Notes: generated by a model from the sequence alone, not told the origin. A stretch of DNA of 64,000 bases from Clostridia bacterium (GCA_050950825.1 JBMNIH010000002.1:1-64000); one strand, 5' to 3'. Counted from the first letter of the stretch, positions 1-10,022 are shown. A program made the numbers and translations.

Positions 1-192
1 CTCGAATTTATTAACGACAACAAATTTACCTTTCCCGTGTTTTATGATATGAATCTGGAAGCTTCCATTGGTTTAGGCATCTTTTCTTATCCCGTGTCCT
101 TGTTTTTAGACGAAGAAGGCTACCTCATCACCGGTGCCGTCGGTTCCATAAACGAAGAACTCATACGAAAAGGAATTGATATGAGTCGCTAA
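1..192 (+). CDS. C-terminal fragment of a TlpA/thioredoxin-like redoxin (runs off the window start)
   Basis: Frame 1 reads LEFINDNKFTFPVFYDMNLEASIGLGIFSYPVSLFLDEEG...*, resembling the TlpA/ResA C-terminus (FPVxxD ... YP.S.FLD..G). Confidence 0.65.
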   Translation, partial: LEFINDNKFTFPVFYDMNLEASIGLGIFSYPVSLFLDEEGYLITGAVGSINEELIRKGIDMSR

Positions 193-195
193 TCT

Positions 196-1212
196 TTAAT
201 CGATGAAGGACTTAAAAGGCGTCAATGCATCGCGTTTTATCCACATGCGGTTTTCCATTGTAATGGCAACGATACACAGGATCGATATGAGAATAAGTAT
301 GACAAAGGAACGTTCCGTAACCGGAATAAATATTCCGAAGGTATTGAGGGACGCACTGAAAAGCGCGACATGAAACAAACTGCCTTTTGTTTTCATATAC
401 AGCCAAGTAAAAGGAATGGCCAGCGGAATATTGATTATGAATTGCGATAAAAATCCCGCGAGTCCTTCTTCGAACAGACCGGTTATGTACAACGGAGCCG
501 TCCACAATGAGTATAAAGAGCCAACGATAATGCTTGATACCAGCGGGTTGTATTGTGTCAACAATCGATGCAAGGCAAAACCTCTCCACCCGGGTTCTTG
601 ACCCAGACAGCTTCCGTATAAAGTAAATACGGAAAGGTATAATATCAATCCTCTGTATATTTCAACATAAAAAGGTTGCGAATAATATACGCCTGACGGT
701 TCTCCTCCTAATAAAAGATCGATGAGAAGTCCTATGCCTGCCAATACGGGAACGCTGAAAAAAGCGACCAAGTGCCATTTCCAATGAACATTGGCCTTTT
801 TAACATAGCGGAGCAATCTCCGGATTCCTCTGTTTTTGGATACGGGACCGGACAAAACCATGGCTGCAGGTATGGCGATAACGGCCATCAATGCGATTGT
901 AGCGGAATTACGTACGATTCCGAGGACATCCAACGAGAGAAGATTGATTAAAAAGACGATACTAAAAAAAGCGATAAATGTAATCCAATACCGAAGACCG
1001 GGAGCCGGTTGGTTATTTAGTCCCAACAGTCCGGCAATCATGATCGCAGCTAAAGCCGGACCGTAATATCCGATATATTGCATCAATGCACGAATATCGG
1101 GATCCTCGGTTAAGACAGGAGCCATAAACCAAATTGTCCATGAAATTAGAAACGTCAATAAGTAAAAACAAAGTACCTGCTTCTCTTTCGCCAATTGAAT
1201 AAGCTTTTTCAC
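196..1212 (-). CDS. CPBP/Abi (CAAX protease-like) intramembrane protein with degenerate catalytic motifs
   Basis: Multi-TM protein with a GQEPGWRGFAL motif. GTG start chosen downstream of an AGAGG RBS. Confidence 0.8.
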   Translation of the reverse strand: MKKLIQLAKEKQVLCFYLLTFLISWTIWFMAPVLTEDPDIRALMQYIGYYGPALAAIMIAGLLGLNNQPAPGLRYWITFIAFFSIVFLINLLSLDVLGIVRNSATIALMAVIAIPAAMVLSGPVSKNRGIRRLLRYVKKANVHWKWHLVAFFSVPVLAGIGLLIDLLLGGEPSGVYYSQPFYVEIYRGLILYLSVFTLYGSCLGQEPGWRGFALHRLLTQYNPLVSSIIVGSLYSLWTAPLYITGLFEEGLAGFLSQFIINIPLAIPFTWLYMKTKGSLFHVALFSASLNTFGIFIPVTERSFVILILISILCIVAITMENRMWIKRDALTPFKSFID

Positions 1213-1310
1213 GATATGATTTCCTCTCTTCATCACCGTATACAAAGGATGAGTCCGGCACGGATAATTTACGTTTATTATACCATTCCCGGTTAATTAG
1301 TAAATACGCA

Positions 1311-2381
1311 TTACGATGCTTTTTCCTTTTTGTATTTTGCGAATACAAGACTCGCCAACATAAGCAAGCCGCCGTACCCCACCAAAGGGTATAAATATTT
1401 GATGATATTCGAAAATCCGAATTGACCGGCAATAAACGCACCGACGGTGGTTAAAATGATAATACTTTTATTCTTTCCTTCCGTCTTTGGTTTTCGTCTG
1501 CCGCCAATACGGACCGCAAAACCGTAAAGAGATCCTACTGCCGTCGTATAAATTTCCGCTATCAGGATAACGGCATATAGGATTTGAACGGCCGGTCGGA
1601 TTTTCCCCGCTATATATATCATGGGTACTTCAAGATGAGAAATCTCCGAAAGATTGGAGGACAATGCCAAATAAATAAATAAAGATCCTAAACCTAATCC
1701 CAACCCGCCGAAAACGGATCCTCGTCGAATCATTTTACGATCTTTGGCCTTAGCCCCTAACGGTCCTAAAACCGAAATGGATATGACGGTGTTATAGGAT
1801 ACGTAAAGTATTGCCGCAGGCAGCCACCCATTCACCAAACCGCTTTTCGCCGCTTCCACGGCGGTAGCATTAAATGCAGGAAAATTACCTATAACGGTAT
1901 ATAAGCTTATTCCCGTAACCGACAATAAGAGAAAAGGAACCACAAAACTGATGGAATTGATCACGGCTTCGAAACCAATGAGTACCGTAACGGCCGTCAA
2001 AACGGCCATAACAACATTTCCGATCCATTCTTTTATTCCGAACTGCTGGGAAAACAAAGCTCCCGTACCCGCAATCATAGCGGCAAATGCTCCGAATAAG
2101 AAGAACGTGATTAAAAGGTCGGTAAAACCGGTAACAATCCCTTTTCCGGCAAATCGTATCACGTCCAAGTGAGATTCCGCTTTCACTTTATGACCGAGGA
2201 ACATAATCACGTAACCGAAAAATGCGAACAAAAGGGCGGATACCGCAAGTCCAAGAATACCCGGTTTGCCGTAGCATGCAAAAAACCGGAGTATTTCTTG
2301 TCCCGTGGCAAAACCCGCCCCCACAATGGTTCCAATATATGCGGCTGCAATTTTAAACGTGGATATCTCTTTTCTTTCCAT
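1311..2381 (-). CDS. YkvI-family membrane transporter
   Basis: N-terminal AYIGTIVGAGFATGQEI signature, C-terminal YLYPLVGYGG, about 10 TM segments. Confidence 0.85.
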   Translation of the reverse strand: MERKEISTFKIAAAYIGTIVGAGFATGQEILRFFACYGKPGILGLAVSALLFAFFGYVIMFLGHKVKAESHLDVIRFAGKGIVTGFTDLLITFFLFGAFAAMIAGTGALFSQQFGIKEWIGNVVMAVLTAVTVLIGFEAVINSISFVVPFLLLSVTGISLYTVIGNFPAFNATAVEAAKSGLVNGWLPAAILYVSYNTVISISVLGPLGAKAKDRKMIRRGSVFGGLGLGLGSLFIYLALSSNLSEISHLEVPMIYIAGKIRPAVQILYAVILIAEIYTTAVGSLYGFAVRIGGRRKPKTEGKNKSIIILTTVGAFIAGQFGFSNIIKYLYPLVGYGGLLMLASLVFAKYKKEKAS

Positions 2382-2464
2382 AATAAATCGGTTTCATCTT
2401 TTCATTTTGCCGTATTTTTGATGTACCTTTTTATTATGGTTCAACGACAGGGTTTTGATAGCTG

Positions 2465-3223
2465 TTATTTACCGGTAAAGATTAAAATGGCATCTCGTAA
2501 GAATTCGGCGGCACCCGGCCGAATCTTGTCGTAGTAAGCTTTGAATCTTTCGTCTTCCGTATACATGCGGGCAAGCCCTGCATGGGCTTCTTTGCTGTAG
2601 GACGGCCAATAAAAGCCCAGCCATTCTTTATGAAGACGTGCCGCTCTTTGCCCCGCTTCTCCTCCCGGATCCTTTTCAGCCATCCCATCTTGTATGGCTT
2701 GGATCATTTCCTTTTCAACGGCTTGCATTTTATTAAAGTCTTCCTCGCTCATGCTCATAAATTTGCGATTCGACTCTTCAACCGTCTTTTCACCGTATCT
2801 TTCCCTGGTTTCTTTTCCGTATTCCTTTTCGTTTTGTTCCAATAATTGCTTTTTAAAGCCGTAAAATTTTTCTTTGTCGCTCATGTCCATTCTCCCTTCC
2901 GCCGATTCAATGGTTTTTTTAACATTTTCAATCAGCATATCCAGCTGCATTCTTTTTTCCATTAATCGCTCTTTGTGTTCTTTTAGTGCCTTTAATCGAT
3001 TAAAGTCCGGTGAATTCAAAATTTTACCGATGTCTTCAAGGCTCATCCCCATTTCCTTGTAGAACAAAATCTGCTGCAATCGATCGACTTCTCGGGTGCC
3101 GTATATACGATACCCGGTAGAGCTTATTCTTTTCGGCGTGAGCAATCCGATTTGATGATAATATCGTAAAGCCCTTGTACTGACACCCGATATTTGAGCC
3201 AATTGATTTACGGTATACTCCAT
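2465..3223 (-). CDS. MerR-family regulator with TipAS effector domain (Mta-like)
   Basis: YTVNQLAQISGVSTRALRYYHQIGLL HTH; C-terminal GLARMYTEDERFKAYYD...GAAEFLRDA. Confidence 0.9.
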   Translation of the reverse strand: MEYTVNQLAQISGVSTRALRYYHQIGLLTPKRISSTGYRIYGTREVDRLQQILFYKEMGMSLEDIGKILNSPDFNRLKALKEHKERLMEKRMQLDMLIENVKKTIESAEGRMDMSDKEKFYGFKKQLLEQNEKEYGKETRERYGEKTVEESNRKFMSMSEEDFNKMQAVEKEMIQAIQDGMAEKDPGGEAGQRAARLHKEWLGFYWPSYSKEAHAGLARMYTEDERFKAYYDKIRPGAAEFLRDAILIFTGK

Positions 3224-3245
3224 TGTTTTCACCTCTTCGAAAAAG

Positions 3246-3276
3246 ATCATAAACCTTTACGTAACGTTAATGTCAA
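3246..3276 (-). promoter_or_regulatory. MerR/Mta-type promoter-operator with 19-bp spacer
   Basis: Minus strand reads TTGACA-ttaacgttacgtaaaggtt(19 nt)-TATGAT with an imperfect dyad, directly upstream of the MerR gene. This is the classic autoregulatory arrangement. Confidence 0.8.
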
Positions 3277-3397
3277 TAGCTTTTATTTAAAAATTTAAAA
3301 TTTTATGACGAACGAGATTACATAATTTTGAATTACAAAAAGTTATCCACTATTTTTCTCAAAGTTATGCACATTATTAACATTTTTTCCTAAACAA

Positions 3398-3420
3398 AAA
3401 GGGCGAATCAATCGCCCTTT
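3398..3420 (-). terminator. Intrinsic terminator
   Basis: AAAGGGCGA-atcaa-TCGCCCTTT hairpin with a T-run on the minus strand, after 3440..4303. Confidence 0.65.
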
Positions 3421-3439
3421 AGAAACGGTAAAAATATTT

Positions 3440-4303
3440 CTAGGATTCCTGTGCGGAACCGACCTTCAAAGCATCAATAAGGGGACTGACATCCGAATAA
3501 TATACGCGGTAGTCAACCACACTCATGCCATACTCTTTCAAAAGCTTTTTAACCAGATTTCGTATTAGATTCGCCCCTTGGTTCAATTCCACGTACATTT
3601 TACCGCCTATCAATTTTGCTCTTTTGGTCATATCATCCGGGTTACTGGAGAAATATTTTTTCGTCGCTCCGTTCATATGCGGTTTGTGTTCAAGGGTCAA
3701 GAACAATTTCTCATCCTTTTCAAATAAGTATTCGCATGTTTTCACCAGCATCTGCTGCCAAGTATCTACGCGGATGATGTTTTCCTCGATTTTGAAAGCA
3801 CAAGGCTTTTTATGTAAATAGTTTTCATACAACGAATGGCTTTCAATCTCTTCCTCTTTAACCGGATCCGGTATCCTTTTCGGCGAAATTAGACTCAAAT
3901 CCTTCAAAGGATTATTCGGACTGATCTTTTGAATAACGGGATAAGGCTTGCTCAAACCGTTCTCGGTATTCGCTTTATTGTTTGCATCCGAAACGTATTC
4001 GCTGCGTTGTATACCTTCTCCGTTAAGAACGTCGGCATCCTCCTCTTGATTCGATATGCTATTATTGTAAATTTTTAACAGGCCGTCGATAACTTTGATA
4101 TATTCTTCAATTTCCTCATTGATACCGATATAATAACGAAGCTTTTGAAAATCCTTCTCTTTGCGGTATCGGTCTACATAAGCCCAGAAAGCCTCTTGGG
4201 CTTCTCCCAGCGAACCTTTTAGCAGTTTGATATGCTCGACAATATGTAACGCTTTTTCCGGCACATCCGTAATAACTTGCTTAAATAACATGTCACAACC
4301 CAT
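3440..4303 (-). CDS. Hypothetical protein with putative SeqA-like C-terminal DNA-binding domain
   Basis: Helical N-terminus, low-complexity linker, then W..ML....EYL...NGATKKYFS....M...KLIGG.MYVELN...NLVKKLLKEYG, which resembles the SeqA C-domain pattern by eye. Confidence 0.55.
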   Translation of the reverse strand: MGCDMLFKQVITDVPEKALHIVEHIKLLKGSLGEAQEAFWAYVDRYRKEKDFQKLRYYIGINEEIEEYIKVIDGLLKIYNNSISNQEEDADVLNGEGIQRSEYVSDANNKANTENGLSKPYPVIQKISPNNPLKDLSLISPKRIPDPVKEEEIESHSLYENYLHKKPCAFKIEENIIRVDTWQQMLVKTCEYLFEKDEKLFLTLEHKPHMNGATKKYFSSNPDDMTKRAKLIGGKMYVELNQGANLIRNLVKKLLKEYGMSVVDYRVYYSDVSPLIDALKVGSAQES

Positions 4304-4506
4304 TTTTGATCACCCTTTTTATATTTATTTATAATTTATATAATAAATTACAATTTTGATTATCGACGTTAACTTTTTACTTTTAACGGATTTTATTTTA
4401 TATTTATTGGACTTATTTACATATTACCATATTTTTATTTCTATCAATATGATATTTTATAAAATTTCTACATATTTTTTTGATTTTCTTGCGATTTTAC
4501 ATATAA

Positions 4507-5676
4507 TCAACGAAACACTTTTTCAATTCTATCAAGAGCTTCTTCCAAAATTTTTCGGGGTGATGCAATATTCATACGTATAAATCCGCTGCCTTCGGCC
4601 CCGAATCCGCTTCCCTTATTTACATGTACTCCGGCTTTTTTTAGTAAAATTTCGTATACTTCATCATCCGAAAGACCGGTACCGCGAAAATCCGTCCAAA
4701 GCAAATACGTGCCTTCCGGGTTGATAACCCGTACGTTCGGTATGTTCTGATGAATATAGGATACGACATACTCTTTATTCTCGTATAGATATACAATCAA
4801 TGAATCCAACCACTCCCGTCCCGTTTCATATGCCGTTTTACAAGCTAAATTTCCCATCAAGGACGGTTCTCCTAATGCCAAGCTTTCCATAAAGGTTTTA
4901 AACTTCTTACGCATATCGGGATTCTTTATAATAATGTTTGCAATCTGCAAGGCGGCCAAATTGAATGTCTTGCCGGGGGAAGTACATGTAATGCAAATGT
5001 CGGCATATTCGTCTCCGAGAGAAGCGATCGGGTAATGCCAATGTCCCGGATAAACAATATCGTGATGTATTTCATCCGATACAATAATCACTTGATGTTT
5101 TACACATATATCGCCGATTCTTTGTAATTCTTCTTTCGTCCATACACGACCTACAGGATTGTGAGGGCTGCATAAAATAAAAAGCTTCACTTGATTTTCA
5201 ACGATTTTTTTCTCAAAATCCTCAAAATCGATACCGTATCGCCCGTTTTCCAAAACCAAAGGGGAATTCACCAATTTTCGATTGTTTCTTGTAATGGCAC
5301 TGATAAAGGGACTGTATACCGGCTGTTGAATTATCACGCCGTCGCCTTCCTTCGTAAAGGTTCGTATGGCAAAATTAATGGAGGGTACGACACCTCCGGT
5401 AGGCACAATCCATTCTTTTTCAATATTCCACCGATGTCTTTCGGCCATCCACCGGATGACAGCATTGTAGTAGCTTTCATCAAAAAACGTGTATCCGAAT
5501 ATTCCATGCTCCGCTCTTTTTGTCAAAGCCTCGACCACACTTATCGGAGACATAAAATCCATATCGGCAACCCATAAAGGAATCAAATCATCCCTTTGGC
5601 TTCTTACTTTCATACCGTCCCAATCCCATTTAATAGATCCCGTGTTTCTTCGGTCGTAAATTCGATTAAAATCCAT
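4507..5676 (-). CDS. MalY/PatB-family PLP-dependent C-S lyase
   Basis: SIKWD, LWVADMDF, LCSPHNPVGRVW, SDEIHHD and SPGKTFN motifs. Confidence 0.92.
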   Translation of the reverse strand: MDFNRIYDRRNTGSIKWDWDGMKVRSQRDDLIPLWVADMDFMSPISVVEALTKRAEHGIFGYTFFDESYYNAVIRWMAERHRWNIEKEWIVPTGGVVPSINFAIRTFTKEGDGVIIQQPVYSPFISAITRNNRKLVNSPLVLENGRYGIDFEDFEKKIVENQVKLFILCSPHNPVGRVWTKEELQRIGDICVKHQVIIVSDEIHHDIVYPGHWHYPIASLGDEYADICITCTSPGKTFNLAALQIANIIIKNPDMRKKFKTFMESLALGEPSLMGNLACKTAYETGREWLDSLIVYLYENKEYVVSYIHQNIPNVRVINPEGTYLLWTDFRGTGLSDDEVYEILLKKAGVHVNKGSGFGAEGSGFIRMNIASPRKILEEALDRIEKVFR

Positions 5677-5893
5677 AACATTTCGCCTCATGTAAAAAAT
5701 AGTTTCATATATTTTGCATATAATAGAACATCTATATAACATATGCTCATTTAAAGCATTGTACCATAATATCGTTATATATTTCAATTTTCAAACTTAC
5801 GTTTGGTATAATAAAGCTGTCCGAAATCTAAAAGCTTACCGATTTCGAATGGTTCTTTGTCTTTTGGTAAGCCTCGAAGGGAGATTGATTCTT

Positions 5894-7045
5894 ATGATGA
5901 CATCAAGAGAGAGGATATTATGTGTTCTTGAAGGTGGAATCCCCGATACCGTTCCTATTTCTCCTCGAATTGCTTATTGGCTGTTGGAGCAAAAAATGAC
6001 CGACTTGGAATTAAAAAAAGTATTCGATTACGACCCCATTATCTGTGTCGGCTGCGGCTTGCCGGGAACATGGTCCGCCATTTATCATTACATGCAGAAA
6101 AACTTCCCCGATTCACCCTATTGTAAAAACGTAAAGCTGACGGAAACTTACGAAACCAAACCCGGTGATCCGAAGCAATACCTGACACGCACCTTCGAAA
6201 CACCGGCAGGGTCGTTGACGGAAAAACTGGCTATCGCCCCCGGCGGCCGTGAATACGGGATGGCACCGAACCCTCATTATATCGAGCATATGGTCAAGGA
6301 TCGGAGCGATTTGGAAAAAATGAACTACCTTCTCCTTGATAAAAAATACTTCCCAAAAGGAAAGCTGAAGCAAATCGACGAAAGCATCGGTCAAGAAGGG
6401 CTATATATGTTTCGTCCTCACCAGGGTGTTGATGCCATGCTGGCGGACACAATCGGCGTTGTCAATATGCTGCTTTTATACTACGACGACAGAGAACTAT
6501 TAAAGGATGCCATTCAATTCTATCAGAACTTTTATAGAACCTATTTGGAATATACATTAGAGCAAGGAATCACCATGTTGTTCGAAGCTTGGTACAACGC
6601 AAGCTTAAGTACCGGCTGGTCGCCTGACATGTACCGTGAGCTCTTCCTTCCCCACATTCGCGACAACGTCGAGCTGACCCATCGCTACGGAGCCTATTAC
6701 CATTTTTATGACGACGGGAAGGTTATGCCGGTCATCGAAGATCTTGCCGATGCGGGAATCGATATGATTACCACATTGACTCCCCCGCCTACCGGAGACG
6801 TCATACCCGAAATCGTAAAAGAAAAAATCGGGGACCGAGTCGTGTTAAGCGGATACGTGGATTTGGTTAAAATGCGATTCGGAACCGTGGAAGAAACCAT
6901 ACAAATGACGAAATATGCCATCGAAGCCATGGCGGAGGGCGGAAGGTTCATACTCGGTACAAGCGATTCCATAAGAGACGGTACGCCTTTTGAAAATGTC
7001 AAAGCCTATTTCGAAACCGGAAGAAAGTACGGCAGATACAAATAG
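5894..7045 (+). CDS. Uroporphyrinogen decarboxylase / MtaA-CmuA-like family protein
   Basis: MTSRERIL..LEGG.PD.VP N-terminus; SP.MYRELFLP; GGRFILGTSDSI...TPFENV C-terminus. Confidence 0.82.
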   Translation: MMTSRERILCVLEGGIPDTVPISPRIAYWLLEQKMTDLELKKVFDYDPIICVGCGLPGTWSAIYHYMQKNFPDSPYCKNVKLTETYETKPGDPKQYLTRTFETPAGSLTEKLAIAPGGREYGMAPNPHYIEHMVKDRSDLEKMNYLLLDKKYFPKGKLKQIDESIGQEGLYMFRPHQGVDAMLADTIGVVNMLLLYYDDRELLKDAIQFYQNFYRTYLEYTLEQGITMLFEAWYNASLSTGWSPDMYRELFLPHIRDNVELTHRYGAYYHFYDDGKVMPVIEDLADAGIDMITTLTPPPTGDVIPEIVKEKIGDRVVLSGYVDLVKMRFGTVEETIQMTKYAIEAMAEGGRFILGTSDSIRDGTPFENVKAYFETGRKYGRYK

Positions 7046-7048
7046 ATA

Positions 7049-8961
7049 ATCGGGTAGGAGACTACTCATTAATTGAGTAGCCGTCCTCCCACACCACCGT
7101 ACGTACCGTTCGGTATACGGCGGTTCAACAAGAGTTCAATTTCTTAAGCAAGTTCAGCTATAAAGCCAGTGTATCCGCGCTTCTGAAGGCGCTCGTTCGT
7201 AATGGTTTGTGAAAGTATGGGGCTATTGGCAATTCTCCAGTAGCCTTTTCTTGTATTGGCAAATTTCCATGCTTTCTGTCTGTCCAATCCCAGTTTCACT
7301 AGATTTTGAAAACGGGTACGGATTTTCTTCCATTGTTTCCAGATACACATTCGCAGTCGCCTGCGTGTCCATTCATCCAGTGAACGTGCGAGAGATTTCA
7401 TGTCCGCAATTCTGAAGTAGTTGACCCATCCTTTGATGAGTTGCTTTATCTTCTGCAGGCGAACGTCTATACTCACCCCGTTGCTCCTTGATGTTATGTT
7501 GCGTATCTTTTCCTTTAATCTCTCTACGGACTTTTTGTGTACCCGGATTCTCACGCCTTCTTTCCCGTGATAGAATGAGAATCCAAGGAACTTTCTCTTC
7601 CACGGTCTGTCAACCGCGCTCTTCTCGCGGTTAACTCTTAACCTCAGTTTTCCTTCCAGAAATTTAGTGACACTCTGCATCGTGCGTTCAGCCGCTTTCC
7701 TGCTTCTCACATAAATATTGCAGTCATCAGCATAACGGCAGAATTTATGTCCCCTCTTCTCCAGTTCTTTATCCAGTTCGTTCAGCATAATGTTGCTTAA
7801 CAGGGGACTGAGTGGTCCGCCCTGTGGGCATCCTTCTTCAGTTTCGATTACGACCCCGTTTATCATGACGCCCGCTTTCAGATATTCCCGGATAAGCTTC
7901 AGTACCCTCTTGTCTTTTACCCTCCTTGCCACCAGCGCCATGAGTTTATCATGGTTCACAGTATCAAAATATTTCGCAAGGTCGATGTCCACTACCCAGT
8001 CATACCCTTCATTTATATATCCCTGTGCTCTTTTTATTGCTTGGTGAGCACTTCTTCCCGGCCGAAATCCAAAGCTGTTCTCCGAGAATTCAGGGTCAAA
8101 TATGGATGCAAGTACTTGGGCAATGGCCTGCTGAACCATCCTGTCGACTACCGTGGGAATCCCCAGTAACCTGACTCCTCCGTCCGGTTTCGGTATCTCC
8201 ACTCTCCGAACGGGCTTGGGACGATACGTCCCTGCCTTCAATTCCCCGATTAGATTATTGCCCTTCTCTTTCAGGTATGGCAGAAGTTCATCCACCTTCA
8301 TACCGTCAATTCCATGGGAGCCTTTGTTCCTTACCACCTGTTTATAGGCAGCGTTCATGTTGTTTCTACTCAATATCTTCTCGAGCAAATCAAAGGTACT
8401 TACTTCTCCATTGTCCTGTCCGTTTGTTTCCGCCGGAAGGGTTCTCCGCACTCCTGCCATATCTCGGGGTTCCACCCCTGCCTCTGGCAGGTAGTCTTCA
8501 TATGAAGTTGTCTGCTCTCTACAAATCCTTCCCGAGTCCTTCAATCTTTCAGAACCTCCTGTTGTTCGGCCCTTCCGCTCCGTTCATGACCGCTGCGTAC
8601 TATGGCCTCTGCTGACTTCTGACCGTTCAGCCGTACATTGCTGCACGGGTTGCCTTGTGGAAGTTCATCCGACTCAGCGTACCGGTCAGATCTCCGCGGG
8701 TAAGCGCGCGCCCCTTCATCCCATATACCTGCTTCATTTACACCGCAAGCCTCGGATAGCATTGGACTTCGTTTTGTTATGCAAACTCGTCCGACTTGCA
8801 TATGCCTCATATGAAGTTCCTGTTCGTCAGGCCGGGATTTTGCCTCCGACTTCCTTCAGATTCCACCTCACGATGGACACCCTTGTCTTTGGCTAACGGT
8901 TGGTGCTATCAACCCCCGTAACGGACTTTCACCGTCAAGGTCGCGCGCATGCCGCGCGCAC
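7049..8961 (-). mobile_element. Class IIC group II intron (1913 nt)
   Basis: Minus strand starts GTGCGC at 8961 and ends with domain V GAACCGCCGTATACCGAACGGTACGTACGGTGG and domain VI ...CTCCTACCCGAT at 7049. Inserted immediately after a terminator hairpin. Confidence 0.92.
7144..8544 (-). CDS. ltrA: Group II intron reverse transcriptase/maturase, no endonuclease domain
   Basis: PVRRVEIPK, RLLGIPTVVDR, GCPQGGPLSPLL, RYADD, maturase X domain; GGAGG RBS before the TTG start. Confidence 0.95.
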   Translation of the reverse strand: MKDSGRICREQTTSYEDYLPEAGVEPRDMAGVRRTLPAETNGQDNGEVSTFDLLEKILSRNNMNAAYKQVVRNKGSHGIDGMKVDELLPYLKEKGNNLIGELKAGTYRPKPVRRVEIPKPDGGVRLLGIPTVVDRMVQQAIAQVLASIFDPEFSENSFGFRPGRSAHQAIKRAQGYINEGYDWVVDIDLAKYFDTVNHDKLMALVARRVKDKRVLKLIREYLKAGVMINGVVIETEEGCPQGGPLSPLLSNIMLNELDKELEKRGHKFCRYADDCNIYVRSRKAAERTMQSVTKFLEGKLRLRVNREKSAVDRPWKRKFLGFSFYHGKEGVRIRVHKKSVERLKEKIRNITSRSNGVSIDVRLQKIKQLIKGWVNYFRIADMKSLARSLDEWTRRRLRMCIWKQWKKIRTRFQNLVKLGLDRQKAWKFANTRKGYWRIANSPILSQTITNERLQKRGYTGFIAELA

Positions 8962-8996
8962 ATAAAAAACGGAGCTTTGAAGGCTCCGTCTTTTTT
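8962..8996. terminator. Bidirectional intrinsic terminator (intron target)
   Basis: AAAAAACGGAGC-tttgaag-GCTCCGTCTTTTTT. Confidence 0.85.
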
Positions 8997-9906
8997 ATGC
9001 TTCGTTGAAAATGGCTTTTGCCATGGCCAAGGATATTTGAGTACCTCTTTCGCACTCTTCCATACCTTCGAATTCCAAGGACACGTATCCGTTAAATTTC
9101 GAATTTTTAATAAGACGTACAATCGCCCATATGTCCAAATCCCCTTGGCCTAATATGGATCCTCTAAGCATTTTGCCTCCTAAGGTTTCAAACCAGCTTC
9201 CGCCGCTGCAATTGAACATTTCCGTTTGACCCGGCAGCTTGGATTTGTCGCGGATGTAAAAGTCTTTGAGGTGGATGATATCGGCATAGGGAAGACATTT
9301 TTTAACCGCCGCTTCGCTGTACTCGTCCACACACAAAAAGTTCCCAACGTCCATTGTAAGTCCCACGGGACGGTCCACTGCTTCTAAAATTCTTAAAATC
9401 CGGTCGGATCCGTTGCAGAAAAATCCGTGGTTTTCCAAGGTCGTTTTAATGCCGAAGCAAGCCGCGTAATCGGCTAAAATTCGGGTGTTTTCAACCATTA
9501 ACGGGAATTCTTTCTCAAAATGCCGAACCGTATTCATTGAGAAGGGACGACGGTAGGATGCTATATCATGGCGCATACGGCTAATCCCTAAACGGCATGC
9601 AGCTTGGATATGAAGCTTGACACGCTCCATCTCCGATTCTCTGACCTTCGGATCTTCATTGATAATATCCGCATTTACCGAGTAGGTAGATATTTCCAAG
9701 TTAACGGATCTGCATTTATCACGAACACTGTCGATTAAGGAATAGTTTAATACCTTTTTTTCTTCATCAACAAAAGGTAAATAAAACGGTACGAATTCAA
9801 TATGTTCACAGCCGTTTTCCACGGCAAAATCAATAACATCGTAAATTGTTTTTCTGCCTTCCTTCATGGCGGGCGTTAAACAATAACTGCTCATTCCTAA
9901 TTTCAA
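8995..9906 (-). CDS. Sugar phosphate isomerase/epimerase (xylose isomerase-like TIM barrel)
   Basis: LENHG, MDVGNF, HLKD and SLEFEG motifs. Confidence 0.88.
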   Translation of the reverse strand: MKLGMSSYCLTPAMKEGRKTIYDVIDFAVENGCEHIEFVPFYLPFVDEEKKVLNYSLIDSVRDKCRSVNLEISTYSVNADIINEDPKVRESEMERVKLHIQAACRLGISRMRHDIASYRRPFSMNTVRHFEKEFPLMVENTRILADYAACFGIKTTLENHGFFCNGSDRILRILEAVDRPVGLTMDVGNFLCVDEYSEAAVKKCLPYADIIHLKDFYIRDKSKLPGQTEMFNCSGGSWFETLGGKMLRGSILGQGDLDIWAIVRLIKNSKFNGYVSLEFEGMEECERGTQISLAMAKAIFNEA

Positions 9907-10022
9907 TTCGCATTACCTCCATAAAAATTCATCGCCGAATTTGATTTCACAAATACGGGCTATGTAATCTTCTCCACATTATATCGTACTTCTTAGAAGA
10001 AGTCATTAGATTAATTTAGGAA

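Noticed and set aside
3343-3382. Replication origin
   Set aside because: Only imperfect boxes, and no dnaA, dnaN or rep gene nearby.
4859-4872. REP-like match AAGGACGGTTCTCC (also GAACCGTCCCC near 22841)
   Set aside because: Both lie in frame within intact coding sequence (GEPSL; YGDGS) and are most likely chance matches.
7144-8544. Reverse transcriptase as a retron, DGR or defence RT
   Set aside because: It has a maturase domain and complete group II intron boundaries with domains V and VI.
8541-9122. ORFs 8541..8810, 8657..8896 and 8868..9122
   Set aside because: They overlap the intron ribozyme domains and the terminator and show no protein features.
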